Both the position numbers and the translations under genes were made by a program. A DNA stretch of 64,000 bases from an uncultured Methylococcaceae bacterium (GTDB lineage: Bacteria > Pseudomonadota > Gammaproteobacteria > Methylococcales > Methylomonadaceae): positions 4,438-68,437 of the forward strand of contig CAJADF010000100.1 of NCBI GenBank assembly GCA_903938485.1, in the 5' to 3' direction. The first letter of the stretch is position 1. Every line of letters starts with the position of its first letter. The notes beneath the pieces were generated by a model that was given only the letters and a program-made list of their open reading frames with translations, had not been told where the DNA came from and did not search any database. Shown here one piece after another: positions 1-9,908 of the stretch.

Positions 1-179
1 AATGCGGTGGTATTGGTAGAAAAAGATTCTTTAAAAATCTTGGCTGGAAACTCTCGAAACGGATGCTTCTTTTCCATAACCACCAGCACAATAAAGGCAA
101 CGATGGCCAAACCAAATAAAGCCTCGTTAAAATACAAGCCACCATTTGTCGAAACGGTTTCTACTTCAGTCGCATTCAT
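1..179 (-). CDS. hypothetical membrane protein, N-terminal part only (gene runs off the left edge)
   Basis: A minus-strand ATG at 179-177 opens a frame that stays open to position 1 (MNATEVETVSTNGGLYFNEALFGLAIVAFIVLVVMEKKHPFREF...). It has one hydrophobic helix and starts 30 nt downstream of the LOV gene stop on the same strand. It is too short for the ORF track, and the family is not recognisable from 59 residues. Confidence 0.3.
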   Translation of the reverse strand, partial: MNATEVETVSTNGGLYFNEALFGLAIVAFIVLVVMEKKHPFREFPAKIFKESFSTNTTA

Positions 180-208
180 TTGCGTATCACTCTCATCAAG
201 GTATAGTT

Positions 209-664
209 TTATTTTGCACCGATAGCACTTAACAAGGCATTGAGTTCTTTAATTTCATTATTAGAGTCAACTTGCTGCGTAATGTCATATTGCACACCCA
301 GATAATAAATAACTCGGTTTTTCTTATCAAATAAGGGTGTTATTTTTAAGCGATTATGAAATAAAGTCCCATCTTTCTTATAATTTCTTAGGGTAACTTC
401 TACACCCTCATCTTTCTTCATGGCTTCTGAAATAATATATCTAGCCGCTTGATCCCTATCTTCTCCCTGCAAAAATCGACAATTTAAGCCGATAATATCT
501 TCTTGCCCATAACCCGTTAAACGCTCGAAGGCTTTATTCGCATAAATAATAGGCGCATCTTCTAAATCCGGATCGGCTAAGGTGACTCCGTTCACACACT
601 CATCTAAAATGGCTGATAGGACTTGTGGTATCAATCCGCTATCTTTTTCGACAATAAAAGGCAT
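209..664 (-). CDS. short LOV-domain (PAS) blue-light photoreceptor, flavin-binding
   Basis: 151 aa. The canonical LOV core is present (GVTLADPDLEDAPIIYANKAFERLTGYGQEDIIGLNCRFLQGEDRDQ), with the photoactive Cys in NCRFLQG. There is no effector domain, only a C-terminal helix. Confidence 0.85.
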   Translation of the reverse strand: MPFIVEKDSGLIPQVLSAILDECVNGVTLADPDLEDAPIIYANKAFERLTGYGQEDIIGLNCRFLQGEDRDQAARYIISEAMKKDEGVEVTLRNYKKDGTLFHNRLKITPLFDKKNRVIYYLGVQYDITQQVDSNNEIKELNALLSAIGAK

Positions 665-714
665 TTATAACTCCAATTCTTTAGTATTTATTCTTAGTAA
701 CTCACTTAATATGC

Positions 715-1188
715 TTAAGCGACCATCAAATTTTTAATATTTTCTACCGTGTTCTCAGCGCCTTCTTCAATAGAGGCCCGAATCAATTTTTGAAAAGGTC
801 TCATAAAGACCTCTATCTCAGATAATTCAAATCGAAAAGTTAACTCTGTAGAATCTGACTCATCGATAGATTGCAGAAAGTATTCATGTTTATAAGGCTC
901 ATCGATGCCTTTAAACGTTAAGTTAACCACTGGCTCGTAATCAGTAATTTCAAATACTGATTCTACTAGGGCGCCTTGATCAGCTCTAACTTGTTTAGTT
1001 TTGGCTCCCACAAACAGTTGTTCACCATCTAAAGGTTCTAGCTCAACAACTTCTGGCGCCCATTTTGGATAATTTTCGTAGAATCTTTCTCCAATAAAAG
1101 AAAACACATCAGAGATGGATCTATTAATTTTAATAGAGGCCTCACCCGATATAGGTGAAGATGAATCAAAAGGAAATTTAATCTGCAC
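715..1188 (-). CDS. SRPBCC (START/Bet v1-like, polyketide cyclase/dehydrase-type) family protein
   Basis: 157 aa and soluble. Size and sequence pattern are typical of SRPBCC ligand-binding proteins. The family call is by resemblance only. Confidence 0.55.
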   Translation of the reverse strand: MQIKFPFDSSSPISGEASIKINRSISDVFSFIGERFYENYPKWAPEVVELEPLDGEQLFVGAKTKQVRADQGALVESVFEITDYEPVVNLTFKGIDEPYKHEYFLQSIDESDSTELTFRFELSEIEVFMRPFQKLIRASIEEGAENTVENIKNLMVA

Positions 1189-1325
1189 TACGGTACCTCT
1201 CCCAGTTGAGGGTAACTCAACTTAAATTCGCCTTGTATAGACATACAGTTCTGTTGCAGTCTTTGACGATTATAATTATGAAATCTAAACTAAGATAAAT
1301 GTAACCTCAGCGCTAATGTAACTCA

Positions 1326-1345
1326 AATTTGCTAACTAGCAAATT
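1326..1345. promoter_or_regulatory. perfect 9-bp inverted repeat, candidate operator
   Basis: AATTTGCTA-ac-TAGCAAATT lies in the 302-bp divergent intergenic region between the SRPBCC gene and the DUF1499/photolyase genes. Confidence 0.3.
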
Positions 1346-1490
1346 AAAATTGCCTAAGCCTCCTTTAACCACACTATAAATATGGAATTAAATTCAAGCA
1401 CTTATTTATTAAATTGCATTTGACTCTTTTAAAATTTATGGAAAATTAATCTCTGATTTTTTTTTAAATAATGATCAGTGGTACATTCTT

Positions 1491-1928
1491 ATGACTTTAA
1501 AAATATTTTTTTATATGCTTTTTATGTCGCTTAGCGGCGCCAGTCATGCAGATACCATTGCGAAGAAACTGTTACCCCCTTGCCAAGAAATTCCTAACTG
1601 TTTAACCAGTGAAACGGTTGAAAGCAAACATTACATTCAACCCTTTAAGATTAAAGCTGAGTCTGATAAAGCATGGTCCAGTTTAAAAGATTCTTTACGT
1701 CAGCAAAGCCGTATGGTTATCACCCATGATAGCGCTGACAATATACATGCTGAGGTGACCAGCTTAATTTTTAAGTTTGTTGATGACATTGACTTTTGTT
1801 TGGATAAAGAAAACAATGCTATCCATGTCCGGACCGCCTCTCGAACAGGACACATTGATTTTGGAATTAATCACAAACGCATTGAAGCCCTACGTGCACA
1901 ATTACAAAAAGCTAATTTAATTAGCTAA
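1491..1928 (+). CDS. DUF1499 domain-containing protein (secreted or lipid-anchored)
   Basis: 145 aa with an N-terminal signal peptide (MTLKIFFYMLFMSLSGASHA). The motif PPCQEIPNCLTSE resembles the C..PNC motif I associate with DUF1499. Confidence 0.6.
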   Translation: MTLKIFFYMLFMSLSGASHADTIAKKLLPPCQEIPNCLTSETVESKHYIQPFKIKAESDKAWSSLKDSLRQQSRMVITHDSADNIHAEVTSLIFKFVDDIDFCLDKENNAIHVRTASRTGHIDFGINHKRIEALRAQLQKANLIS

Positions 1929-1964
1929 AAGGATCGCTTAATGCTGTTGTTCACTACATCCTAA

Positions 1965-3344
1965 ATGCCGACTTATTCAACATCTTTTTTTATCTTTCGG
2001 CGTGATTTGCGTTTACAAGACAACACAGGCCTTAATCTAGCGCTTAAGCAATCAGACCACGTACTCTGTGGTTTTATATTCGATCCTAAGCAAATCAACG
2101 ACCATCCCTACCAAAGCAAACCGGGTCTACAATTTATGTTGGAGTCTTTAAAAGATCTTCAGCAACAAATGACTGATATCAATGCAGAATTAGGTTTATA
2201 CCATGACACGCCTGAAAACGTTTTAAAGCAGTTAATTAAAGAGCATGGTATACAGGCCGTGTTTATTAATCGTGATTACACGCCCTATAGCCGACAACGT
2301 GACTATCAACTTGAATTCAACTGCAACCAACTGGGTCTTAAACTCCATGGGGTTGCCGATGCCTTGTTAACGGAACCTGAACAAGCGCTTAAACAAGATC
2401 AAACTGCTTATAAAGTATTTACGGCTTTTTACAATAATGCTTCTCGATTTCCAGTTCCCTTACCTGAAGTACTCTCTAAACAAAACGTGTTACCCCCCAA
2501 AAGCAGTATTAATTTAGCCGATCTAAATTTTCCAAAGAGTACTTGTGAAACAGCCACTATTATGGGGGGTCGCCAACAAGCACTATCAATTTTAGAAAAT
2601 ATAGACGCGCAAGCCGATTACCCCCATACCCGAGACTTCCCTAAGCTTAATAGCACCAGCAAATTATCTGCACATTTAAAGTTTGGTACGTGTTCAGTGA
2701 GAGAAGCTTATTACGCGATTGTTGAAGCACTGGGTTCAGAGCATCCTTTATTACGCCAACTTTATTGGCGAGACTTTTTTACCCATATTGCCTATCACTT
2801 TCCTAAAGTATTTGGACATGCCTTTATTGATAAGTTTGACCACTTACCATGGCAAAACAATATTGAACATTTTAAAGCTTGGGCAGAAGGTAGAACGGGC
2901 TTTCCTATTGTGGATGCGGGTATGAGAGAACTCAATCAAACCGGCTTTATGCATAACCGAGTCAGAATGATTGTGGCATCATTTTTAGTTAAAGATTTAC
3001 ATATCAGTTGGCGTTGGGGCGAGCGTTATTTTGCCCAACATTTAGTCGATTACGATCCTTGTGTTAATAACGGCAATTGGCAGTGGGCCGCCTCGACAGG
3101 TTGCGATGCTCAGCCTTATTTTAGAATCTTTAACCCTTGGTTACAGCAACAAAAGTTTGACGCTGACTGTGAGTATATCTACCACTGGGTACCGGAACTA
3201 AAAGGCTACCCGCCTAAAACAATTCATCAATGGGATAAAAAGCACCAAGCCGGCCCTTACCCCGCACCTATGATTGATCATGCCTTAGAAAGTCAATGGA
3301 CTAAGGCTTGGTTTAAAGAATCTATTGTTGCTGAACAGAAATAA
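1965..3344 (+). CDS. phrB: deoxyribodipyrimidine photolyase (class I CPD photolyase/cryptochrome family)
   Basis: 459 aa. The N-terminal photolyase domain (FIFRRDLRLQDNTGL) and the FAD-binding domain motifs are present (WRDFF, TGFPIVDAGMRELNQTGFMHNRVRMIVASFLVKDL, NNGNWQWAASTGCDAQPYFRIFNP). Confidence 0.92.
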   Translation: MPTYSTSFFIFRRDLRLQDNTGLNLALKQSDHVLCGFIFDPKQINDHPYQSKPGLQFMLESLKDLQQQMTDINAELGLYHDTPENVLKQLIKEHGIQAVFINRDYTPYSRQRDYQLEFNCNQLGLKLHGVADALLTEPEQALKQDQTAYKVFTAFYNNASRFPVPLPEVLSKQNVLPPKSSINLADLNFPKSTCETATIMGGRQQALSILENIDAQADYPHTRDFPKLNSTSKLSAHLKFGTCSVREAYYAIVEALGSEHPLLRQLYWRDFFTHIAYHFPKVFGHAFIDKFDHLPWQNNIEHFKAWAEGRTGFPIVDAGMRELNQTGFMHNRVRMIVASFLVKDLHISWRWGERYFAQHLVDYDPCVNNGNWQWAASTGCDAQPYFRIFNPWLQQQKFDADCEYIYHWVPELKGYPPKTIHQWDKKHQAGPYPAPMIDHALESQWTKAWFKESIVAEQK

Positions 3345-3482
3345 TAAACCCTAATACACAGAAGAATAGTTACAATGGATTATCGAATAGACATGCATAC
3401 AAAATCAATTAAAATAAATTACGAACTCAGCACCTGAGTGCCGAGTTATATTTAAAGCCCAATGTCTCATAAAACTCGCTTC

Positions 3483-4109
3483 TTAGCTTTTAGGCTCAAA
3501 TAATGCCTTATATTGCCGAGCAGATGCCTCAATATCATCTTTATCAAAAAGCCCACCAATAACCGCTAATAAATCAGCACCTGCGTTTAATAATTGCCCG
3601 GCGTTTTCTGGCAATATGCCACCTATAGCAACAGTAGGAACGGAGATTTTAAGTTTTGCAGCTTGCAGAGTTGTTAATTCAGCGGGGGCGGCTAAAGGTT
3701 TTGAATTGGAAGGGAAAAACCGCCCAAAAGCCACATAAGTTGCACCTTGCGCTTGGGCTTCTAAAGCACGTTCTACGGCGTTATAACAAGATGCACCAAT
3801 AATGGCTTCTGCACCTAAGCGATCTCTCGCATAAGCAATTGCGCCATCTTCTTTACCGATATGTACACCATCGGCCCCAACGGCCATAGCTAAATCCACA
3901 TCATCATTAATCAATAAGGGCACATGATATTCGTGGCAAACCTTAACTAATTGGGCGGCCAAAGCAATCGCATTCACTGGATTTTTATCTCGATATTGCA
4001 CAACAACGGCACCCCCTTTAATGGCGGCAACCACTTCTTTAATGATGGTATCTGCAGACTTGTTATCAGTTTGCGTAATGGCATACAGCCCTTTGGCTGG
4101 AAACTTCAA
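3483..4109 (-). CDS. thiE: thiamine-phosphate synthase
   Basis: 208 aa. TMP-TENI family pattern (YAITQ..., VVQYRDK, INDDVDLAMAVGADGVHIGKED, VAIGGI). The start overlaps the thiD stop by 4 nt. Confidence 0.9.
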   Translation of the reverse strand: MKFPAKGLYAITQTDNKSADTIIKEVVAAIKGGAVVVQYRDKNPVNAIALAAQLVKVCHEYHVPLLINDDVDLAMAVGADGVHIGKEDGAIAYARDRLGAEAIIGASCYNAVERALEAQAQGATYVAFGRFFPSNSKPLAAPAELTTLQAAKLKISVPTVAIGGILPENAGQLLNAGADLLAVIGGLFDKDDIEASARQYKALFEPKS

Positions 4110-4897
4110 GATTCATCCTCCATCCAAAATAAACGATTGGGAATAAATTGACCATTACCAGGTCTATAGGCATCATTTAAAGAATTCCAGGTATATTCCT
4201 GTGCTTCCATTACCGCCTGAATCGGCTCTAAACCATGGGCGATTAAAGCCGCAATACTGGTCGCTAAAGTACAACCCGAGCCATGATAACTGTGTGGCAA
4301 TCTATCCCAAGTATAAGTTTCCCAAATTTGATTATCATAAAACAGCTGATTACTCACCGCCGGTGTTGATTCGTGCGTACCGGTAATTAAGACATACTCA
4401 CACCCTTGAGCCAACAACTCTAAACCACACTCTTCTAGATCATCTAGCCCTATCAAACGGCGAGCTTCTTCACTATTTGGTGTTAATACCGTGGTGCAGG
4501 GCAATAAGAGCTCAACGATTTCTGTTATTAAATGATCATTCGATAATTCGGTACCACCACCCGCCGCTAAAACAGGATCTAAAATAACAGGGAGTTGCGG
4601 ATGGGCTTTTAAAATCTCATGAATGGCATACACCGTCTCATGATGCCCAATTAATCCAATCTTAATGGCATTAACCGTTAAATCAGTCAAAATCCTATTC
4701 GCTTGTGCAATGATATCTTCTGGGCTTTGGGGGATTAACTTAATAACGTTACGCGTATCTTGCTCAGTTAATGCGGTGATAACACTAGCGGAATGGCATT
4801 GATGACTAACGAGCGTTTCTATATCCGCTTGAACTCCGGCCCCCCCACTAGGGTCATGACCAGAAAATGAAAGTACCACAGGACGATGTGTAGACAT
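4106..4897 (-). CDS. thiD: hydroxymethylpyrimidine/phosphomethylpyrimidine kinase
   Basis: 263 aa. Ribokinase-like HMP-P kinase motifs are present (VLSFSGHDPSGGAGVQADI, VILDPVL, LTPNSEEA, GSGCTLATSIAA). Confidence 0.92.
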   Translation of the reverse strand: MSTHRPVVLSFSGHDPSGGAGVQADIETLVSHQCHSASVITALTEQDTRNVIKLIPQSPEDIIAQANRILTDLTVNAIKIGLIGHHETVYAIHEILKAHPQLPVILDPVLAAGGGTELSNDHLITEIVELLLPCTTVLTPNSEEARRLIGLDDLEECGLELLAQGCEYVLITGTHESTPAVSNQLFYDNQIWETYTWDRLPHSYHGSGCTLATSIAALIAHGLEPIQAVMEAQEYTWNSLNDAYRPGNGQFIPNRLFWMEDES

Positions 4898-4931
4898 AAA
4901 GTATCCAAAATTAATTTTATCTACTTTCTAT

Positions 4932-5008
4932 TGGTGCCCCGAAGACGATTCGAACGTCCGACCTGCCCCTTAGGAGGGGGCCACTCTATCCAACTGAGCT
5001 ACCGGGGC
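4932..5008 (-). tRNA. tRNA-Arg (anticodon CCU)
   Basis: The reverse complement is GCCCCGGTAGCTCAGTTGGATAGAGTGGCCCCCTCCTAAGGGGCAGGTCGGACGTTCGAATCGTCTTCGGGGCACCA. It folds as a cloverleaf with a 7-bp acceptor stem, anticodon loop CU-CCU-AA, a TTCGAAT T-loop and an encoded CCA. Confidence 0.9.
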
Positions 5009-5086
5009 TTATAGATAGTAATTTTAACATAAACCTAAAATCTAAGAATTGAGTTTTAGGTTAAGACATATTTAAATTTAAATAAT

Positions 5087-7318
5087 TTATTCCAACTCTA
5101 AACCATCAACACGTTGAAAGCCTCTAGGGAGATGCAAACCTCGTTTCGCTCTAGCACCTGTGTAATGAGCAATATCAAGGGGTTTTAAACTTAAGAAGCG
5201 CTTACCAGAGATAACTTTTAAATTGCTGTTTTCTGGAATAGGCAATGCAGCGACCACTGCATCCGTTCCTGAGCTTAAATCACCTAGGGGTATTTGTATT
5301 AATTTATTCCCTTTACCACGCGTTAAGGCAGGTAACTCTGCTACGGGGAATATCAACAATCGACCTTGCAATGTCACTACGGCTAATAAGTCAGATTCAC
5401 TTTGGACCCATTCTGGCTTTATAACTTTAGCGCCTTCAGGTAAGGTGATGAGTAATTTGCCTGCTTTATTTTTACTGGCCAATTCTTTTAACTGTACTCT
5501 AAAACCGTAGCCGTAATGACTGGCTAGTACATACCAATCATCTGGATGACCGGTTATTAAATGGCTAAATAAAGCACCTGCAGGCGGATTAAATCTTCCC
5601 GTTAAGGGTTCACCTTGGGTTCTAGCTGAGGGTAGATCATGACTAGAAGTACTATAAGCTCGACCTGTGGTATCCAGTAAATATATAGCGTGTGTAGATC
5701 GGCCTTTGACTGCACTTAAATAACTATCACCCGAGCGATAGTTGAGACTTTCCACATCAATATCATGCCCTTTAGCCGATCTTATCCAACCCTTTTGAGA
5801 CAAGATAATCGTTAAAGGTTCATTACTAATTAATGAGGTGGTTTCTAAGGCAACTGCCGCAACTCTTGAAACGATGGGTGAGCGACGCTCATCACCATAT
5901 TGTTCTGCATCGCGTTCAATTTCTTTTCTTATTAAACGATTTAACAATAATTTTGACCCTAAGGTTTTTTCTAAGGCCGCGCGTTCTTTTTCTAAAGCGT
6001 CTTGTTCGCCACGGATTTTCATTTCCTCAAGCTTAGCAAGATGTCTTAACTTTAATTCTAAAATGGCCTCCGCTTGAATATCGGTTAAGCCAAACCGTTC
6101 TATCAAGACCGGCTTTGGATATTCTTCATTCCTAATAATCGCAATGACTTCGTCTATATTTAGATAGGCGATTAACAAACCATCTAATATATGTAATCTC
6201 GCTAATACTTTATCTAATCGATATTGCAAACGCCTACGCACAGTTTCTGTTCTATACGCTAACCATTCAACTAATATTTCTCTTAACCCTTTTACCTTAG
6301 GTTTACCATCCAAACCTATCATGTTCATATTGACACGATAGCTTTTCTCAAGATCTGTCGTCGTAAATAAATGCGACATCACCACATCAACATCTATACG
6401 TTTAGACTTTGGAATGATGAGCAAACGCGTTGGATTTTCATGATCTGACTCATCCCTTAAATCTTCGATCATGGGTAATTTTTTCGCCAACATTTGTGCG
6501 GCTATTTGTTCTAGCAATTTAGCGCCAGACACTTGATGAGGCAAAGCAGTGATGATAATAACGCCATCTTCTTCCTCATAGAGGGCGCGCATTTTTATAG
6601 ATCCGCCACCGGTGATATACATTTTTTGTATATCTTCAGCGGAGGTAATAATTTCGGCTTCAGTGGGATAATCTGGACCTTTAATATGCGTGAATAAGGT
6701 TTCTAATGAGCTATCAGGCTCATCTAATAACTGAATACAAGCGGCCGCGACTTCTCTTAGATTGTGCGGTGGTATATCGGTAGCCATACCTACCGCTATA
6801 CCCATAGTACCGTTAAGTAATATATTGGGTAATCTTGCCGGTAATAATTCAGGCTCTTTTAAAGTCGCATCAAAATTATCAGCCCATTCAACCGTACCTT
6901 GCCCTAACTCACTTAATAAGGTATTAGCATAACCCGTTAAGCGAGATTCGGTATATCGCATAGCGGCAAATGATTTAGGGTCATCAGGTGATCCCCAATT
7001 ACCCTGACCATCAACTAATGGATAGCGATAAGAAAAACTTTGCGCCATGAGTACCATGGCTTCATAACAAGCTGAATCACCGTGCGGATGGTATTTACCT
7101 AATACATCACCGACGGTACGAGCAGATTTTTTATATTTAGCAAGGGCAGTCAGACCCAACTCTGACATCGCATAGATGATGCGGCGCTGAACAGGTTTTA
7201 ATCCATCCGCAATATTAGGTAATGCACGATCTAAAATAACGTACATGGAATAATCCAAATACGCTTTTTCAGCAAAATCTTTTAAAGGTAGTTGTTCAAA
7301 ATTCTCTTGTAGACCCAC
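5087..7318 (-). CDS. parC: DNA topoisomerase IV subunit A
   Basis: 743 aa. The N-terminus [38 protein letters not shown] and the catalytic region AAMRYTE are present. Length and a C-terminus lacking a GyrA box fit ParC rather than GyrA. Confidence 0.93.
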   Translation of the reverse strand: MGLQENFEQLPLKDFAEKAYLDYSMYVILDRALPNIADGLKPVQRRIIYAMSELGLTALAKYKKSARTVGDVLGKYHPHGDSACYEAMVLMAQSFSYRYPLVDGQGNWGSPDDPKSFAAMRYTESRLTGYANTLLSELGQGTVEWADNFDATLKEPELLPARLPNILLNGTMGIAVGMATDIPPHNLREVAAACIQLLDEPDSSLETLFTHIKGPDYPTEAEIITSAEDIQKMYITGGGSIKMRALYEEEDGVIIITALPHQVSGAKLLEQIAAQMLAKKLPMIEDLRDESDHENPTRLLIIPKSKRIDVDVVMSHLFTTTDLEKSYRVNMNMIGLDGKPKVKGLREILVEWLAYRTETVRRRLQYRLDKVLARLHILDGLLIAYLNIDEVIAIIRNEEYPKPVLIERFGLTDIQAEAILELKLRHLAKLEEMKIRGEQDALEKERAALEKTLGSKLLLNRLIRKEIERDAEQYGDERRSPIVSRVAAVALETTSLISNEPLTIILSQKGWIRSAKGHDIDVESLNYRSGDSYLSAVKGRSTHAIYLLDTTGRAYSTSSHDLPSARTQGEPLTGRFNPPAGALFSHLITGHPDDWYVLASHYGYGFRVQLKELASKNKAGKLLITLPEGAKVIKPEWVQSESDLLAVVTLQGRLLIFPVAELPALTRGKGNKLIQIPLGDLSSGTDAVVAALPIPENSNLKVISGKRFLSLKPLDIAHYTGARAKRGLHLPRGFQRVDGLELE

Positions 7319-7816
7319 TTAAAACTCTTCCTCTGATAATTCAACATAGAGTGCACGGCTTTTCTCTAAACTCTCTTGGCGCATTTTTCTACGCAACTCA
7401 GCAGCGACATAATGTTTCTTTTCTGCTTCTGTATCTAAAACTAACCGAGGCACCTCAAATGACTTTCCATTTTCATCAATGGCCACCATAGTAAAGTAAC
7501 AAGAGGTGGTATGTCTTTTTTCATTAGTGCGTAAATTTTCAGCAACAACCTTAACACCCACTTCCATTGAGGATCGTCCTACATGATTAACTCTAGCAAA
7601 AAACGAAACTAATTCACCCACATTAACTTGTTGTTTAAAAAATACTTGATCTAATGCCGCAGTTACCACATAACTTTTACAATATTTAGCAGCACAAGCA
7701 TAAGCCACTTGATCGAGTAATTTTAATAAAGATCCACCATGCACATTACCTGAAAAATTTGCCATATCAGGTGTCATGAGCACTGTCATCGTTAATGTTT
7801 TTTCTTGTTTAGGCAT
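7319..7816 (-). CDS. acyl-CoA thioesterase (hotdog fold, YciA-like)
   Basis: 165 aa. It carries MTPDMANFSGNVHGGSLLKLLDQVAYACA, typical of the 4HBT/YciA family. Its stop abuts the parC start codon. Confidence 0.8.
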   Translation of the reverse strand: MPKQEKTLTMTVLMTPDMANFSGNVHGGSLLKLLDQVAYACAAKYCKSYVVTAALDQVFFKQQVNVGELVSFFARVNHVGRSSMEVGVKVVAENLRTNEKRHTTSCYFTMVAIDENGKSFEVPRLVLDTEAEKKHYVAAELRRKMRQESLEKSRALYVELSEEEF

Positions 7817-7868
7817 ATTTACAGGGCAAAGATTTAATCATACCGTTTAAGGGAATATTTTTAAACAT

Positions 7869-7897
7869 AAAAAAAGGCAGCGTAAGCTGCCTTTTTT
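7869..7897 (-). terminator. rho-independent terminator after rplS (bidirectional shape)
   Basis: AAAAAAA-GGCAGC-gtaa-GCTGCC-TTTTTT. A GC-rich 6-bp stem is flanked by an A-run and a T-run, about 25 nt downstream of the rplS stop. Confidence 0.65.
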
Positions 7898-7919
7898 AAG
7901 TATACCAATAAATTGCGTA

Positions 7920-8264
7920 TTAAAGTTTTTCTTTAATACGTGCTGCTTTACCGGTTAAATCACGTAAGTAATACAATTTAGCACGACGAACATCACCACG
8001 ACGTTTAACAGTAATCTCACTGATTAAAGGACTGTGTGTTTGAAATACACGTTCAACACCCGTACCGTGTGAAATTTTTCTTACTGTGAATGCAGAGTTC
8101 AAACCACGATTACGCTTTGCGATCACAATGCCTTCAAAAGCCTGTACTCTTTCACGATCGCCTTCTTTAATTTTAACTTGAACGACGACAGTGTCACCTG
8201 GGTTAAACTCAGGAATTTCTTTTAATTGTTCTTTTTCCAATACATCAATAATATTGCTCATCAC
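7920..8264 (-). CDS. rplS: 50S ribosomal protein L19
   Basis: 114 aa. It reads [14 protein letters not shown]...[46 protein letters not shown], and sits in the conserved rpsP-rimM-trmD-rplS order. Confidence 0.97.
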   Translation of the reverse strand: MMSNIIDVLEKEQLKEIPEFNPGDTVVVQVKIKEGDRERVQAFEGIVIAKRNRGLNSAFTVRKISHGTGVERVFQTHSPLISEITVKRRGDVRRAKLYYLRDLTGKAARIKEKL

Positions 8265-8269
8265 ACACC

Positions 8270-9016
8270 CTATTCAACTTCATTTTTAAATTGTTGCAGC
8301 AGATTACTCTGCACTGCACTTAAATTCTTTTTTTCTAACAAATCTGGACGTCTTTGCCAAGTTCTGCCCAAAGCCTGCTTCATACGCCAAACATCTATTT
8401 CAGCATGATTACCACTCAACAAAACATCTGGAACTTGATAACCTTCAAGATCTTCTGGTCGCGTAAAATGTGGATAATCTAACAGGCCATTCATATGAGA
8501 GTCTTGCTGAGCTGACTCTTCATGCCCTAGAACACCTGGCAATAAACGTGTTATTGCATCAATCACTATTAAGGCAGCTAGTTCACCACCACTAATAACG
8601 TAATCGCCAATAGACCATTCATCATCACAATCCTTGTTAACAAAGCGTTCGTCAACTCCCTCATAACGTCCTGCAACTAAAATCAATTGCGAAACATTAC
8701 ACGCCTCTGTCAATAATGCTTGTGTAATCGGTTTGCCTTGTGGACTTAAATAAACAACCTTAGCGTCCTGACTCCCTGCGCTTTTTGCTTGATAAACGGC
8801 ATCATGCAAGGGCTGAAACTTCATGACCATTCCAGGGCCTCCCCCATAAGGTCGATCATCAACAGCTTTATGTCTGTCTTGAGTGTAATCTCTAGGATTC
8901 CATACCGACAAACTGACTATATCGCGTTCAATTGCTCTGCCAGTTACTCCGTAACTTGCAGAATTTGTTATCATCTCAGGAAATAAGCTGATTACATCAA
9001 AACGCATCAACGTCAT
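8270..9016 (-). CDS. trmD: tRNA (guanine37-N1)-methyltransferase
   Basis: Contains SPOUT/TrmD motifs ([51 protein letters not shown]). I prefer the internal ATG at 9016 (MTLMRFDV...), which overlaps the rimM stop by 1 nt, over the ORF-track start at 9034. Confidence 0.93.
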   Translation of the reverse strand: MTLMRFDVISLFPEMITNSASYGVTGRAIERDIVSLSVWNPRDYTQDRHKAVDDRPYGGGPGMVMKFQPLHDAVYQAKSAGSQDAKVVYLSPQGKPITQALLTEACNVSQLILVAGRYEGVDERFVNKDCDDEWSIGDYVISGGELAALIVIDAITRLLPGVLGHEESAQQDSHMNGLLDYPHFTRPEDLEGYQVPDVLLSGNHAEIDVWRMKQALGRTWQRRPDLLEKKNLSAVQSNLLQQFKNEVE

Positions 9017-9522
9017 TAAAAATCCGGATCCCAATCTACAGTCATTATGCCTAAATCCAAATCTATGCTTAATATTGTTACGCCTTGCAAGAAAGGAATA
9101 ACCCGTTCTCGCTCACCGTTAACAATAACCACATCATTTGCACCGGTTTCTAATAAACTGTCGATAACGCCAAACTCTACACCTAAATGAGTTATAACCT
9201 TTAAACCAATCAGGTCAGACCAATAATATTCGCCTTGGCGAGGCTTTGGTAACTGCTCTGCTTTGATAAAAATCTCCCACCCCATCATGGCAGCAGCTTG
9301 ATCTCTATCATTAACACTTTCAAGCTGAGCTGTTAATAGCTTTCCCTGAAAATGACCATCAACAACTTTTAAAACTTTTGTTTCACTGCCTTTTTTAAGC
9401 AGCCATGGAGAATAACTTAATATGTTCTCTCTGGACTCAGTGTAGGAAAAAACTTTTACCCACCCTTTAATCCCAAAAACGCCAGAAACCTTTCCAACGC
9501 TTATATCATTTGCTTTACTCAA
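9016..9522 (-). CDS. rimM: ribosome maturation factor RimM
   Basis: 168 aa. It carries [21 protein letters not shown] and a PRC barrel C-terminus, in the conserved operon position. Confidence 0.93.
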   Translation of the reverse strand: MSKANDISVGKVSGVFGIKGWVKVFSYTESRENILSYSPWLLKKGSETKVLKVVDGHFQGKLLTAQLESVNDRDQAAAMMGWEIFIKAEQLPKPRQGEYYWSDLIGLKVITHLGVEFGVIDSLLETGANDVVIVNGERERVIPFLQGVTILSIDLDLGIMTVDWDPDF

Positions 9523-9525
9523 GCC

Positions 9526-9777
9526 TTATGCTGCTGCTTTAATTGCGTCTTTAATTAACTTTGCTACCCGTTCTGATGGTTGGGCACCATTAGATTTCCA
9601 GTATTCAACACGTTCGCTATCTAAACGTAATCTTTCTTCGTTACCACGAGCTAAAGGATTAAAAAAACCGATACGTTCAATATAACGGCCATCACGACCA
9701 CTTCTGCTATCAGTTACTACAACGTGATAAAAAGGGCGATTTTTAGCGCCGCCTCTTGTAAGACGAATGGTTACCAT
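9526..9777 (-). CDS. rpsP: 30S ribosomal protein S16
   Basis: 83 aa, reading [41 protein letters not shown]. Confidence 0.97.
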   Translation of the reverse strand: MVTIRLTRGGAKNRPFYHVVVTDSRSGRDGRYIERIGFFNPLARGNEERLRLDSERVEYWKSNGAQPSERVAKLIKDAIKAAA

Positions 9778-9908
9778 CTATTTTCCTCAAAAAAACATTT
9801 AATCAAAAATTTAATCTGACCATTTTACGCGATTTTTAACATATGTGAAGAAGAAATTGAAAATAATCAACACTTAACATATTTAAGCCGTTAAAAACCC
9901 CAATAAAA

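Noticed and set aside
7-225. ORF 7-225 (+), 72 aa
   Set aside because: It has no recognisable features and overlaps the LOV gene stop. It is antisense to a better minus-strand ORF (1-179) that has a start codon, a TM helix and operon-like spacing after the LOV gene.
4898-5086. TPP riboswitch upstream of thiD-thiE
   Set aside because: Only 34 nt separate the thiD start from the tRNA-Arg gene. The rest of the spacer up to parC is short and AT-rich, with no THI-box-like CUGAGA element seen. If thiamine regulation exists, it is not by a riboswitch here.
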